Assembly: GCA_048941265.1 (NCBI GenBank)
Contig: JBHLNT010000001.1
Location: 1-64,000 of the forward strand
Length of the DNA: 64,000 bases
Direction of reading: 5' to 3'
Origin: Promethearchaeota archaeon
GTDB lineage: Archaea; Asgardarchaeota; Lokiarchaeia; Sigyniarchaeales; SOKP01
Shown here: piece by piece, positions 38,183 to 47,850 of the stretch
Position numbering within the stretch: the first letter of the stretch is position 1
Layout of the letters: the number at the start of each line of letters is the position of its first letter
Made by a program: the position numbers and the translations under genes
Notes under the pieces: generated by a model
Told to the model about the DNA's origin: nothing
What the model saw: only the letters and a program-made list of their open reading frames with translations
Database searches by the model: none

Positions 38183-39856
38183 ATGGTTATGATAATTATT
38201 ATTCAAATTTGTTTTATTGGATTAATAGGTATTTTTTCTCTAAGAGAAAAATTGAGAAAAAGAAGAATAAAAAAAAAGGAAGAAATTGAAGAATTAATTG
38301 ATAAATATGTAGTCGAAGAGAAAAAAAGCATATTAAGACAGAAGTTAACAAAGGTTTTTGAATTAATCACTAAAACTGAAGATTATCTCGAAAGAATTGT
38401 TAAAAGAAAAGTAAAATTCTATGAAGATGATTATACATTTTCTGAAGCTGAGAAGGATCTAATTAAAAAAGCTAAATCTGAATACGATTCATTTTTCTCA
38501 GAATTTAAATCGGCATTACCCAAAACTGAAAAACAACGAATATTAGATATAAAAGAGCTTAAGAATGCAATTTCAATACTGGAATCATTTGATGCAGAAA
38601 CTTATGAAGATAAGGAAAAAGTCTATGATGCGGGAACAGGTATGTTCTATGATAAAATGTCTCGTAAATTTATGTATCTCATGGATGAACACAACTTGAG
38701 TGAATTTACTTTTGTACCTATCCAAAGAATAAAATATTATGCATTTTCAACTATAAAAAATATAAAAGATGAGGATTTCATCCCCGTCTTAAGTGTAATG
38801 AAAGAAACTAATCTTATAAGTGATATTATAGAAATAAACCCTCAGTTTCAAATTATAGTGTTTGATGAGGAAAAAAAAATAGTGTTATCCACCCCCGAAA
38901 AAGTAGTATTAAGTTTTGCCTATGATGAAGATCCCTTGACTCTTCATAAACTAATGGAATTAACCCAATGGAAACAAGATTATGCTAAAAAAATACTAAC
39001 TGAATTAATTAACAGAGAAATTATCTCTATGGAAGATGAGGTTATAAAAGTTAAGAATTTTGGTGAGAGTAATGAAAGGATCAAATGGAATACTTTAATT
39101 GAAAATAAAATTCAGCAAGAGAGAATAAAAGAAGAGAGAAAATACGAAAAAAAGAAAGAAAGAGAGCTTCAATTTAAAACAAAAATAGTAAAAGAGAAAC
39201 AAATTTTTGATGAGAAAATCTCTGAGCCAGATAAGGAGGAAGTCCTTGAAGAAATCAAGTTTAAAGAAATACCATCCGTAAAAGTGCTTCCTTCCCCACA
39301 GAAAGCATTAGAAATAGAAAAAAAGAAGGGAACTGAAGAAATGACCGATGTTATAGACGCTTTAGATAATATTATGCCAACAGAATCAACAATTAATAAA
39401 GAAGTTGAAGAATTGCTAGAAACTGAAAGTCCGGATTTGCAAGATTTAGTTTCTCAAGAAATATTAAACTATCATGAAAATTTTTCTTTAATTAATGGAG
39501 GAATTTCTCAATATGAAAAAATTAAAAAATATATTGAGCAAGAATTAGAAAATGTACCAGAAGAAATGTTAAAAAAGACGTTGGAACAATTATGGGAATT
39601 ACGACTTATTTATGAAATAATTAAAATAGGGGATTATGATTTTTTCTTGTTTAACGATGTTTCTCTTAAAGATGACGATAAGGAATTTTTAAAATTTGCT
39701 ATTAACAAAAAACCTATGAAAAACGAAGATTTTATTCAAGGTCTTAATTGGGAAGAGTATAAAATAACATGGACTATAGAGAGACTACAAGAAAAAGGGT
39801 TGTTAAGAAAAGAAAATGATTATATTATTATTCCAGGGATCGTTCAATTAGAATAA
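38183..39856 (+). CDS. Paralog of 36380: membrane-anchored double EAP30-like protein
   Basis: Colinear similarity: KSA.PKTEK, YDAG.GMFYDKMSR, INGG.SQYEKIK, FIQGLNW, IIIPGI.Q. Confidence 0.65.
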   Translation: MVMIIIIQICFIGLIGIFSLREKLRKRRIKKKEEIEELIDKYVVEEKKSILRQKLTKVFELITKTEDYLERIVKRKVKFYEDDYTFSEAEKDLIKKAKSEYDSFFSEFKSALPKTEKQRILDIKELKNAISILESFDAETYEDKEKVYDAGTGMFYDKMSRKFMYLMDEHNLSEFTFVPIQRIKYYAFSTIKNIKDEDFIPVLSVMKETNLISDIIEINPQFQIIVFDEEKKIVLSTPEKVVLSFAYDEDPLTLHKLMELTQWKQDYAKKILTELINREIISMEDEVIKVKNFGESNERIKWNTLIENKIQQERIKEERKYEKKKERELQFKTKIVKEKQIFDEKISEPDKEEVLEEIKFKEIPSVKVLPSPQKALEIEKKKGTEEMTDVIDALDNIMPTESTINKEVEELLETESPDLQDLVSQEILNYHENFSLINGGISQYEKIKKYIEQELENVPEEMLKKTLEQLWELRLIYEIIKIGDYDFFLFNDVSLKDDDKEFLKFAINKKPMKNEDFIQGLNWEEYKITWTIERLQEKGLLRKENDYIIIPGIVQLE

Positions 39857-39917
39857 TTTAACCAAACATTGATCTGTATATAAGTTTAAAGAAAATCTTT
39901 AAAAATTGAAACTATGA

Positions 39918-41669
39918 TTAATAATTATTTTTTACATTATCCATAACAGTTTCAATTTCATTTAAATAGGTATCTCGTTTTCCAAAAATATAAAATCTAA
40001 CTTCAGGTCCTGTACCCGAGGGGCGAAAGTATAGCGTGGAATCTTTACTTTTTAATTGGTAGATATCTATCATATTATTATTATCAGATAAAGCTTGTAC
40101 ACTATAGTGTTTATCTTTTATTTCTATAGTTTTATTATGATTTCTTTCAAAATTTTTCATAATCTTTACTTTCTCCTCATCAGTTGCCGGTATTGTTTGA
40201 TTTATTCCCATTATTGACCAATCGATTGATTGAGATATAATATATCCTCTGCAAATAAGTTCAGTAATTAGTACTAAAGCAGGAACCGGATATTTATCAG
40301 CTATTAAAGGTAAAGGGGAAGAAAAAGAAAATTCTCTTGTATCTGAATTTCTTGATACATTTAAAATGTTAATCGTATGCCCTCCCGATTCTTCCCACAT
40401 CACTGTGACAAATTGACTTTCCTCTAAATGTTGTTTTTCCATTAAATCAATAATCTTTTGGTTCAATGGGATAGGATTGTCTATTTTTATCAATTCTTTA
40501 TTATCTCCTTGCATATAAAGGATGGCAGTATCAATCTTAGACTTTTCAACTTCTATTCCCATTAGAAAATATAATATCACTCCTAAATGTTTATAGCCCA
40601 CGCCAGTCAAAATATTCATAAAGCTAGTATCATCACTTCTTAAGTCAGTTGGAATCGTCCGGATATTGATAATTTTTTTATTGAAATCTTTAGCTAAAAT
40701 GTTATGCATGGCAGAATAAATTTCATTTGGGATATATATGAAATACTGATCATCTCGCTTCACATAAAGAGCAATTCTGTCGCGATCAGCATCAAGCAAT
40801 AGCGCTAAATTTGAGTTGGATTCAGTCATTACTTTCTGCAACTTTTCCTCCTTAATCACTTTGATGGGATTAGGGGGATTTATTTCTTCATTTATTAAAA
40901 TTACATTTGCTCCATAATCTTTAAATAAATTTACGATGCCACGTGCTTCACCTAAATATGGCCAGATTATTATATTTCTATTCTTCAAACTTTTTATTTC
41001 CAATACATCAGCCAAAATCCCTTTCACATATTCATTATTTCTTTGAATGGCATCCGTGAGTATTGGCTTAAAATCAGTTTTAAAATAAATTTCTTTATAG
41101 TTTTTTGCTAGTTCAGAAATTTGCTTAAATAAATCCCCTGACATCGGAATAGGGTACTCAATATAAAATTTTATACCATTCCAAGATAAATCATTATGAC
41201 TTGCCGTAAGTACAATCACAAGATCAATGTCATCATATAATGCTACTGATGCTGCACCATAAGGGGATGAAACTTTAGACTCCCCTGGAAAATCGTCTTG
41301 GTAATAAATTTCATATCCATCATATGCAAAAATTTGTGAAATATAATTTAGGAGGATATCTTTGCTTGGTCTATCATCAGTAACAATTAGAACCTTTAAA
41401 TTCTGGCCATTTTTAATCTCTTTGAATTTGTCACTAATTGCTTTTGCAACTCGTAGGAATAAGAAGAGCTTTCGATTAGTTAAGAAGTATTGATCGTCGG
41501 CAAGGATATCATATATTTGAATTCTCAAACCAGATGTAGGTGCGACTATTGGATCAATTATGTTTATTTCTTCTTCAATTAACTCTGGTAATATCAATTT
41601 TTTAATTCCATTTTTACCATCAGTCATTTGGAGATCTTCAATTTTATATTTGAACAATTTATCCACCAT
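39918..41669 (-). CDS. Alpha-D-phosphohexomutase family protein (PGM/PMM-like, divergent)
   Basis: LTASHN phosphoserine loop, DADRDR metal loop, WEESGG, FRPSGTGPEVRFY. Confidence 0.88.
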   Translation of the reverse strand: MVDKLFKYKIEDLQMTDGKNGIKKLILPELIEEEINIIDPIVAPTSGLRIQIYDILADDQYFLTNRKLFLFLRVAKAISDKFKEIKNGQNLKVLIVTDDRPSKDILLNYISQIFAYDGYEIYYQDDFPGESKVSSPYGAASVALYDDIDLVIVLTASHNDLSWNGIKFYIEYPIPMSGDLFKQISELAKNYKEIYFKTDFKPILTDAIQRNNEYVKGILADVLEIKSLKNRNIIIWPYLGEARGIVNLFKDYGANVILINEEINPPNPIKVIKEEKLQKVMTESNSNLALLLDADRDRIALYVKRDDQYFIYIPNEIYSAMHNILAKDFNKKIINIRTIPTDLRSDDTSFMNILTGVGYKHLGVILYFLMGIEVEKSKIDTAILYMQGDNKELIKIDNPIPLNQKIIDLMEKQHLEESQFVTVMWEESGGHTINILNVSRNSDTREFSFSSPLPLIADKYPVPALVLITELICRGYIISQSIDWSIMGINQTIPATDEEKVKIMKNFERNHNKTIEIKDKHYSVQALSDNNNMIDIYQLKSKDSTLYFRPSGTGPEVRFYIFGKRDTYLNEIETVMDNVKNNY

Positions 41670-41840
41670 GTAATGATAACTAAAAATTTTAAATTATTAG
41701 ATTTAAGTAATTGAAAAGTTAAAATTTTTATTAAATTATTTTAATCCTCAAATTAGAGATTTTCTCGAATTTTTTGCTGCTTACTTACATACAAAATTTT
41801 TGATACACATTTTAGATTTAAAAAATTAATCTTTAAAAGT

Positions 41841-42731
41841 CTATTTTTGAGAATAGATCTGATTGATTGCTTCTTTTAATATGGCAAAAATTTTTTCTCT
41901 ATAATTTGGATTAATTGCAATCATGCCATGAACTTTAATCGGTGAAGGAAGATTCTCAGGTTGGAAGAGAATTTTCTCACAAAATTCGGGAGTGAGCCGA
42001 TTAGGAAGGTCTTGTTTATTAGCAATTCCAATTATCAATGTATCCTTATGATATTTTCCTAAGATATCACTTATGATTTCCTTTGATGCATTTAAATTCT
42101 CAAATGTAGAATCTAATACTAAAAGTGCAATGTGAGTCCCTTCTAATAGACTTCTCCATAATGAGTGAAACTGACGCTGACCAGCAAAGTCCCAGAAAAT
42201 AACTGGTAGATTTCCAAGTTCAGGACTCTCATAATTGGCTATATCAGCAGTTATGGTAGGAACGTATTCTAAGTCAATATCTTTACCGCATATTAAATGT
42301 AGTAGCGTTGTCTTCCCAACCCCTCCATAACCTATAATAGATACCTTAACTGCACCTAATATCACATTATCAATAGCTTTTTCAAATCTGTCAAAAACCG
42401 AACGATCTCCATCCCAAGCCCCACCTTCAAAAACCATCCCATATTCATCAATGAATTTAGCCCTAATGCTATTAATTTTTGAATTTATATGTGCATCATC
42501 ATCTTCCAAATCAGCACATACTACAATAATTAAAGATCCTACAATTGTATAGAAATATTTAAAATCTTCAGTGGCAGTGGATTTTATATCGGATTGGCTA
42601 ATCTCTTTTATAAATCCCGAAAAAGCAGAAAGAAAACCAGATAAAAGATCACGATCTATTTCAGTATCACCATAATTTCTGAAGAATAACGATTTTCCGT
42701 CTTTGAGCATTATGTTGACGTATTGTATTAT
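41841..42731 (-). CDS. Longin domain - small GTPase (Arf-like) fusion
   Basis: Longin (GKSLFFRNY...LLSGFLSAFSGFIKEI) followed by GYGGVGKTT, YVPTI, WDFAGQ, NKQD. The first longin strand (IQYVNI) lies upstream of the listed ATG at 42710. Confidence 0.88.
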   Translation of the reverse strand: MIQYVNIMLKDGKSLFFRNYGDTEIDRDLLSGFLSAFSGFIKEISQSDIKSTATEDFKYFYTIVGSLIIVVCADLEDDDAHINSKINSIRAKFIDEYGMVFEGGAWDGDRSVFDRFEKAIDNVILGAVKVSIIGYGGVGKTTLLHLICGKDIDLEYVPTITADIANYESPELGNLPVIFWDFAGQRQFHSLWRSLLEGTHIALLVLDSTFENLNASKEIISDILGKYHKDTLIIGIANKQDLPNRLTPEFCEKILFQPENLPSPIKVHGMIAINPNYREKIFAILKEAINQIYSQK

Positions 42732-42860
42732 ATTTTACCACTTCAGAAGTTTTTTATTTATGTACTATATTATTAAAATATATTTATTAAATAAACTTGA
42801 TAAATTAAAAATTATTTTTTTCCAAAATTTAGATCTTTATTTGAAACAGAGGAATGTTTA

Positions 42861-43487
42861 ATGCCAAAATCGGATGATTTGAATCAGGGAGATATTGCTA
42901 AGTTGATTGAAAATTTAAATGAAAAAATGAACGGATTTTCTTCAATCATTCAAAAGTTCGGATTAGATATTATTACAAAAATGGGGCAAACTAATTCTAA
43001 AATAAAAGTACTTTCTGATAAAGTAGATAAACTTGATAAGACTACTTTAGATTTAAAGGCATTACTTCCAAAATTAACCAATATTATAGATAATCAAAAT
43101 ATTTTGGAATCAGAAATCGATCTTATAAAATCCTTAATTCAAAGAACGAGTACTTCAATGCCACAGAATGAGCTTGAAAGAGAGATTGAAAGAGACGAAT
43201 CTATTACAATGAATAAACAAGAAGTCACTGACCAATTTAAAGAATTACTGAAAATTTTAAATGATACAGAAGAGAACCAAAAGATTAAAAAAGAATTACA
43301 GAAAATAAAGGAAAATATCTTTGAATTTACTGGAGGTCATAAAATTCTTTATGAAATTTCGCAAGTTTTGAACAAAATGAATAATGATCAATCCATTTCC
43401 GAAAGTTTGAGAAAGGAACTTAAGGAAAAAATCGAATTTTGGATTGTTAAGTTGCAAAGCACACCATTTAAAAAAGCAATAAAGTAG
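42861..43487 (+). CDS. Hypothetical coiled-coil protein
   Basis: 208-aa ORF with heptad-like pattern and an upstream GAGG. Confidence 0.7.
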   Translation: MPKSDDLNQGDIAKLIENLNEKMNGFSSIIQKFGLDIITKMGQTNSKIKVLSDKVDKLDKTTLDLKALLPKLTNIIDNQNILESEIDLIKSLIQRTSTSMPQNELEREIERDESITMNKQEVTDQFKELLKILNDTEENQKIKKELQKIKENIFEFTGGHKILYEISQVLNKMNNDQSISESLRKELKEKIEFWIVKLQSTPFKKAIK

Positions 43488-43538
43488 AAATACTATAATT
43501 CAAAAAGTGGTAAAATATTTAAAATAAAAATTGATTAA

Positions 43539-44108
43539 TTATCCCTTAGTTCTATATGTAAATACTAAGTTAGCAATCTTTTCAAAGATTTCATTAACGC
43601 CATTTCCCGTTAACGCAGAAGTTTCGAAATAAGGTGCATTTAATTCCTCGCTAAGGTGATTTGCCATGGGGAGGATAATCTTTCTTTCATCCTTTAAATC
43701 GATTTTATTTCCGACTAAAATTCGGGGTATCGCGCTAAGTCCATATTTTACTGTGGTATTGTACCAATTCTTAACATTTGAGAATGTGGAACTTCTCGTA
43801 ACATCGAATACAAGCATCATACCATCAGCTCCATTAAAATACGGTTTATGCAGCATGTAGAATTGGGGCTGTCCTGCAACGTCCCAGAGCATTAGATTTA
43901 CTAAAGCCTCTGCACCTTTATCTTTAACTATGACTTGCTCCTTGACAATATTAACACCTACAGTCGGAATATATTGCGTCTTAAATTTTTTTGTAGCAAA
44001 TTTTGTTAGGAGGCTTGTTTTTCCAACCGCCGGATCACCAACCACGATTACCTTAAAGATAGATTCAGTCTTTCCTTGAAATACTATATCTTCATCTTTT
44101 TTCGACAT
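43539..44108 (-). CDS. Rab-like small GTPase
   Basis: FKVIVVGDPAVGKTSLL, YIPTVG, WDVAGQ, YFNGADG.MLVFDVT, GNKIDL, FETSA; no C-terminal Cys motif. Confidence 0.93.
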   Translation of the reverse strand: MSKKDEDIVFQGKTESIFKVIVVGDPAVGKTSLLTKFATKKFKTQYIPTVGVNIVKEQVIVKDKGAEALVNLMLWDVAGQPQFYMLHKPYFNGADGMMLVFDVTRSSTFSNVKNWYNTTVKYGLSAIPRILVGNKIDLKDERKIILPMANHLSEELNAPYFETSALTGNGVNEIFEKIANLVFTYRTKG

Positions 44109-44270
44109 AAAGATTACACAATTATTTTTGTATTTTTTTCTGAATTTATTATGAATTAATTATTTAAAATATTTTACATAACTTTAGTTTTTTCATTTTG
44201 ACAGCTAGTTCTTTTAATACTTTAAAAAAGTTACAAAAATATATGGTTAAATTAGATTGCTGAAATAAGA

Positions 44271-44819
44271 TTAGACTTTTAATAAGACTTCTTTAATTAT
44301 TTCAAATCTTGAAAATTTATTATTCTCTCTGGAAATAAAATATACAGAATTTAAAAGAAATCGTAAATCTTTCCAAGAATTTTGTAGTGTTTCTATAATG
44401 TGATCAAGTTTTTCTTTTCCTTTAACCTGACCCACACTTAAATGAGGTGTAAACCCATTTTTGTACTTATTTACATCATCACAATCAGGTACAATTTTAA
44501 GTAATTCCGCTTGAAGTTGAGTAATGGAATTAGTTGGCTCAGGATCTAACCAGATAGTATAATTTTGATGTCGATGACGAAAATACCTTAATTTTCTTAA
44601 AATTATTTCGAAAGAGTGAATTTCTGAACATTTTTTAATAAAACTTTTTTCTAAATCGTCAAATTCAGCTTTAGAGCGAAATGGATATAGTAAAGTGATA
44701 TGGGGCATCCATCTATGAATATGACGATCATAAATTTGCCGTATAGTTTGAATTGGGTCCCATAATTCCTTCGGTGGGATGATTACACACGCAGATGTAT
44801 GCACTTTATTCATAATCAA
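44271..44819 (-). CDS. 2H phosphoesterase (2'-5' RNA ligase-like)
   Basis: Two HxT/S motifs: PHITLLYPF and FTPHLSVGQ. Confidence 0.88.
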   Translation of the reverse strand: MIMNKVHTSACVIIPPKELWDPIQTIRQIYDRHIHRWMPHITLLYPFRSKAEFDDLEKSFIKKCSEIHSFEIILRKLRYFRHRHQNYTIWLDPEPTNSITQLQAELLKIVPDCDDVNKYKNGFTPHLSVGQVKGKEKLDHIIETLQNSWKDLRFLLNSVYFISRENNKFSRFEIIKEVLLKV

Positions 44820-44914
44820 ATTCTCAATTATTCTTTAAGCAAGGGAAATATTAAAATTATAAGGGTAGCTATTATTTAATTCATATAAGAAATAAAAAAA
44901 AAAGAAAATCTTAT

Positions 44915-45421
44915 ATGAAAATTAGACAAAGGCATTTCATAAAATCCTCTGAAATTAAAGTTCTTCAAGAGGAAATACTTAAAGAACATAGTAACGATTT
45001 TGTGAATCAAATATTTCCCAAAAAATGTAGAGTTGAACTTATTCTTACTGAAAAGGGGGATACCCTATATGCTATCAACAATGTATTGAAATTATGGAAA
45101 TCAAATGAAGGTTATATTCCAGTCCTAACCCTTTTATTAGAGAATAAGGTTAATTTAAAAACAATAGTTGTCGACATGGGCGCTGTGAGATTTGTTACCA
45201 ATGGAGCCGATATCATGCGTCCTGGTATTACAAAAATCGATCCTCAAATCAAGAAAGGCGATCTAGTAAAAATTGTTGATGAGAAGAATAATCGCGCGTT
45301 AGCTGTAGGTAAAGCTATGTTTAATTCCGCAGAAATGGAGAAAATAACCTCGGGAAAAGTGATAAAAAACCTGCATACGATAAATGATGATATATGGCGG
45401 TTTGAAAAACAATTTGGGTGA
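44915..45421 (+). CDS. PUA-domain RNA-binding protein (DUF1947, Tma20/MCT-1-like)
   Basis: IVVDMGAVRFVTNGADIMRPGI...GKVIKNLHTINDDIW. Confidence 0.9.
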   Translation: MKIRQRHFIKSSEIKVLQEEILKEHSNDFVNQIFPKKCRVELILTEKGDTLYAINNVLKLWKSNEGYIPVLTLLLENKVNLKTIVVDMGAVRFVTNGADIMRPGITKIDPQIKKGDLVKIVDEKNNRALAVGKAMFNSAEMEKITSGKVIKNLHTINDDIWRFEKQFG

Positions 45422-45452
45422 AACTGTTAAGTTCAAAAGAAAATTATCAAAT

Positions 45453-45743
45453 TTAAGAAAAAATCTCCTCTCTTAAAATTGAAATAGCAACCTCTTTTTT
45501 TCCATCATTTAATTCATTTATATTTTTACTCTTATGATGATAAGAATCTTTTAGATATTCATCAAATAGAGCCATAATTACAATTAACGCATTTTGAACG
45601 AATAATTTATTATCTTTATCATTAATCTTATACATTAATTCCGTTATTTGGTGGCTTTTCCATAATTCTAATTTAATTGGCTCATTACGAAGGGAATTAA
45701 AATTTTGAAATAAATGATCATAAAATTCCCCTTCGTTAGACAT
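45453..45743 (-). CDS. Small helical hypothetical protein, paralog of 46702..46998
   Basis: Shared NKxFVQNALIVIxALxxxY and SILxxEI. Confidence 0.7.
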   Translation of the reverse strand: MSNEGEFYDHLFQNFNSLRNEPIKLELWKSHQITELMYKINDKDNKLFVQNALIVIMALFDEYLKDSYHHKSKNINELNDGKKEVAISILREEIFS

Positions 45744-45912
45744 AACATGCTTATTAATTTAAAATTATAATATAAGCTAGACTTTTTAAACGAATTATGT
45801 CCTACTATAACGTAAAATAGAATAACATACTAGATTTCTGATAAGGGTCTTAAAAAGAAAAATTAATTTTATTTCTCATAATAGAATGAATTAATAAAAC
45901 ATTTTTTAAAGT

Positions 45913-46395
45913 GTGATTAAAATGGAAGAGAATTATAACTTTAATTTAGGTAAATTAAAGATAAATCAATTGGGATATCTATATAAAAATATAGAAAAGC
46001 AAATAAAAATCATGGAATCTTTATATGGATGTCCTAAATTTGCAATCTTTGAGAATAAAGATAATATTTTTAAATATCGTGGAAATGATTCGAAAATTAC
46101 TACGCGGATCGCTATAAGTCGTTTATTCAATACACAAATCGAATTAATTCAACTAATTGAGGGGGAATGTATTTTTAAAGAATTTATGGATAGTGGAAGG
46201 GAAGGACTTCATCATTTTGGTATTTTTGTTGAAGATCTAGAACCCTATATTAAGGAATTTAAAAAAAAAGGGATTGATGTGGTACATGCGGGTCAGACTG
46301 GAAAACAGAAGGTAGCTTATTTGGATACTGAAAAAACATTTGGCGTGTATCTTGAATTTCAGCAGACTATAAAAAGGAAAAAGAAAAAATCCTAA
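45913..46395 (+). CDS. VOC family protein (methylmalonyl-CoA epimerase-like)
   Basis: QIELIQ...EGLHHFGIFVED...AYLDT...GVYLEF. The likely start is the ATG at 45922. Confidence 0.85.
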   Translation: MIKMEENYNFNLGKLKINQLGYLYKNIEKQIKIMESLYGCPKFAIFENKDNIFKYRGNDSKITTRIAISRLFNTQIELIQLIEGECIFKEFMDSGREGLHHFGIFVEDLEPYIKEFKKKGIDVVHAGQTGKQKVAYLDTEKTFGVYLEFQQTIKRKKKKS

Positions 46396-46463
46396 GGGAT
46401 TTTTTAAAAATTTAAAAAGATTGAAAAAAATAAGAAATTCAAAAAAAAATAATTCCCTTCACT

Positions 46464-46676
46464 TTATTTTTCATGTAATAATTTGTTTCTCTTCGCCTTG
46501 TAGTCCGGACAAATCATAAAACTAGGGAAGGTATTACACAATGAATCGTTTTTAGGTAATGTGCATTTGTCATAAAATGCACAAATAAATTCAATCTCTA
46601 AATTAGACTCATTTTTATCCATTGTATTTATTTTTGGTGTTTTTTCTGGTAAATCTTCCATAATATTCGCATCCAA
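46464..46676 (-). CDS. Small Cys4 hypothetical protein
   Basis: CAFYDKC...LC...ICPDY; co-oriented immediately downstream of 46702. Confidence 0.6.
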   Translation of the reverse strand: MDANIMEDLPEKTPKINTMDKNESNLEIEFICAFYDKCTLPKNDSLCNTFPSFMICPDYKAKRNKLLHEK

Positions 46677-46701
46677 TATATAAAGACACCTTTAAAATTA
46701 C

Positions 46702-46998
46702 TTAAATTGAAATTTCTTGCTTTAAAATACTATTTAGGGTTTCTTGCTCTTGTTTGGAAATTTCTTTCAAATCTCTTCCTTTTCTCATTGGAAAATCTGG
46801 TATATAATCCTCCAAGAGGGCAATTATAACAATTAACGCGTTTTGTACAAAGTCCTTATTTTTATTCTCATCTAAGAGAATCATTAATTCGATTATTTTT
46901 TTACATATCAATAGCAATATTTTCTCACTATTTTCATTAATTTGTGAAAATTTTTCCAATACATCAATAAAAAATTGAGTCTCATATTCCTTTTCCAA
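46702..46998 (-). CDS. Small helical hypothetical protein, paralog of 45453..45743
   Basis: NKDFVQNALIVIIALLEDY. Confidence 0.7.
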   Translation of the reverse strand: MEKEYETQFFIDVLEKFSQINENSEKILLLICKKIIELMILLDENKNKDFVQNALIVIIALLEDYIPDFPMRKGRDLKEISKQEQETLNSILKQEISI

Positions 46999-47408
46999 TC
47001 TAATTTAACAACCCTTACCCTAATGACTTTTAACTTTTAAAAAGAAGAAAAAAATTTAAAATAAAAAAGTGCTGTATTTTTCTAATTTTTCGAGATAGAA
47101 GTACAACAAATTCCAATAGAAAGTGACCTTAAGAAAATAGTCTGTAGTATTCTCTACATTAGTTTTTACTGGTTTATTTATAAATAAAAACAGTTCTATT
47201 TAAAATATGATAAGGTGTGGTAATATGAATAATTTGAAACGTTCAATTAAATATTCATATTATCTATATACCATTTAAAATATGATCTGTGTAATATATG
47301 GTTCTATAATTGAAATATCATTATATTATTTGGATCTTATTCTAAGGATTGCTATTTGATATATGAAGATGATTCTTAGAAAATATAATAAAATAACAAA
47401 AAGGTCGT

Positions 47409-47729
47409 GTGTATAACAGAATGAGTATGTATCGATCCTATCTTTTAAAGAATAATTTTTGGGCAAAAAAAGGAAATGAAAAGGAAGACTTTCAAAATAA
47501 AGAAAAAGTCTTCATCAAACATAATGAAAATATTGGAGGAATCTATGCAATAATTCAAGAGGGAGATAATAGAGGTGTTAAAATTATAGCTAGTGGTGAA
47601 GAACATTTCTTCAATAACTTTGACAGTCTGGATACGTTTTTAAACAGCTTGACACAAAGACAAGATGATTTCATCAAGATTTTGAAAAGAAAGAATATTT
47701 CTAAGCGTTTGAGAAAGTTGGATATATAA
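47409..47729 (+). CDS. Hypothetical protein
   Basis: The only sizeable ORF in this gap; composition is plausible; start uncertain. Confidence 0.5.
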   Translation: MYNRMSMYRSYLLKNNFWAKKGNEKEDFQNKEKVFIKHNENIGGIYAIIQEGDNRGVKIIASGEEHFFNNFDSLDTFLNSLTQRQDDFIKILKRKNISKRLRKLDI

Positions 47730-47850
47730 ATAAATTAGCTTTTTTGATTTTTTCATATTCTTTTATTGTCAAAATTTTTACTAAATTAAATAATGTTAAG
47801 ATCATTAATACTTTCAATAGTCAAATCGGTTTTTAAGGGATAAATTTAGA

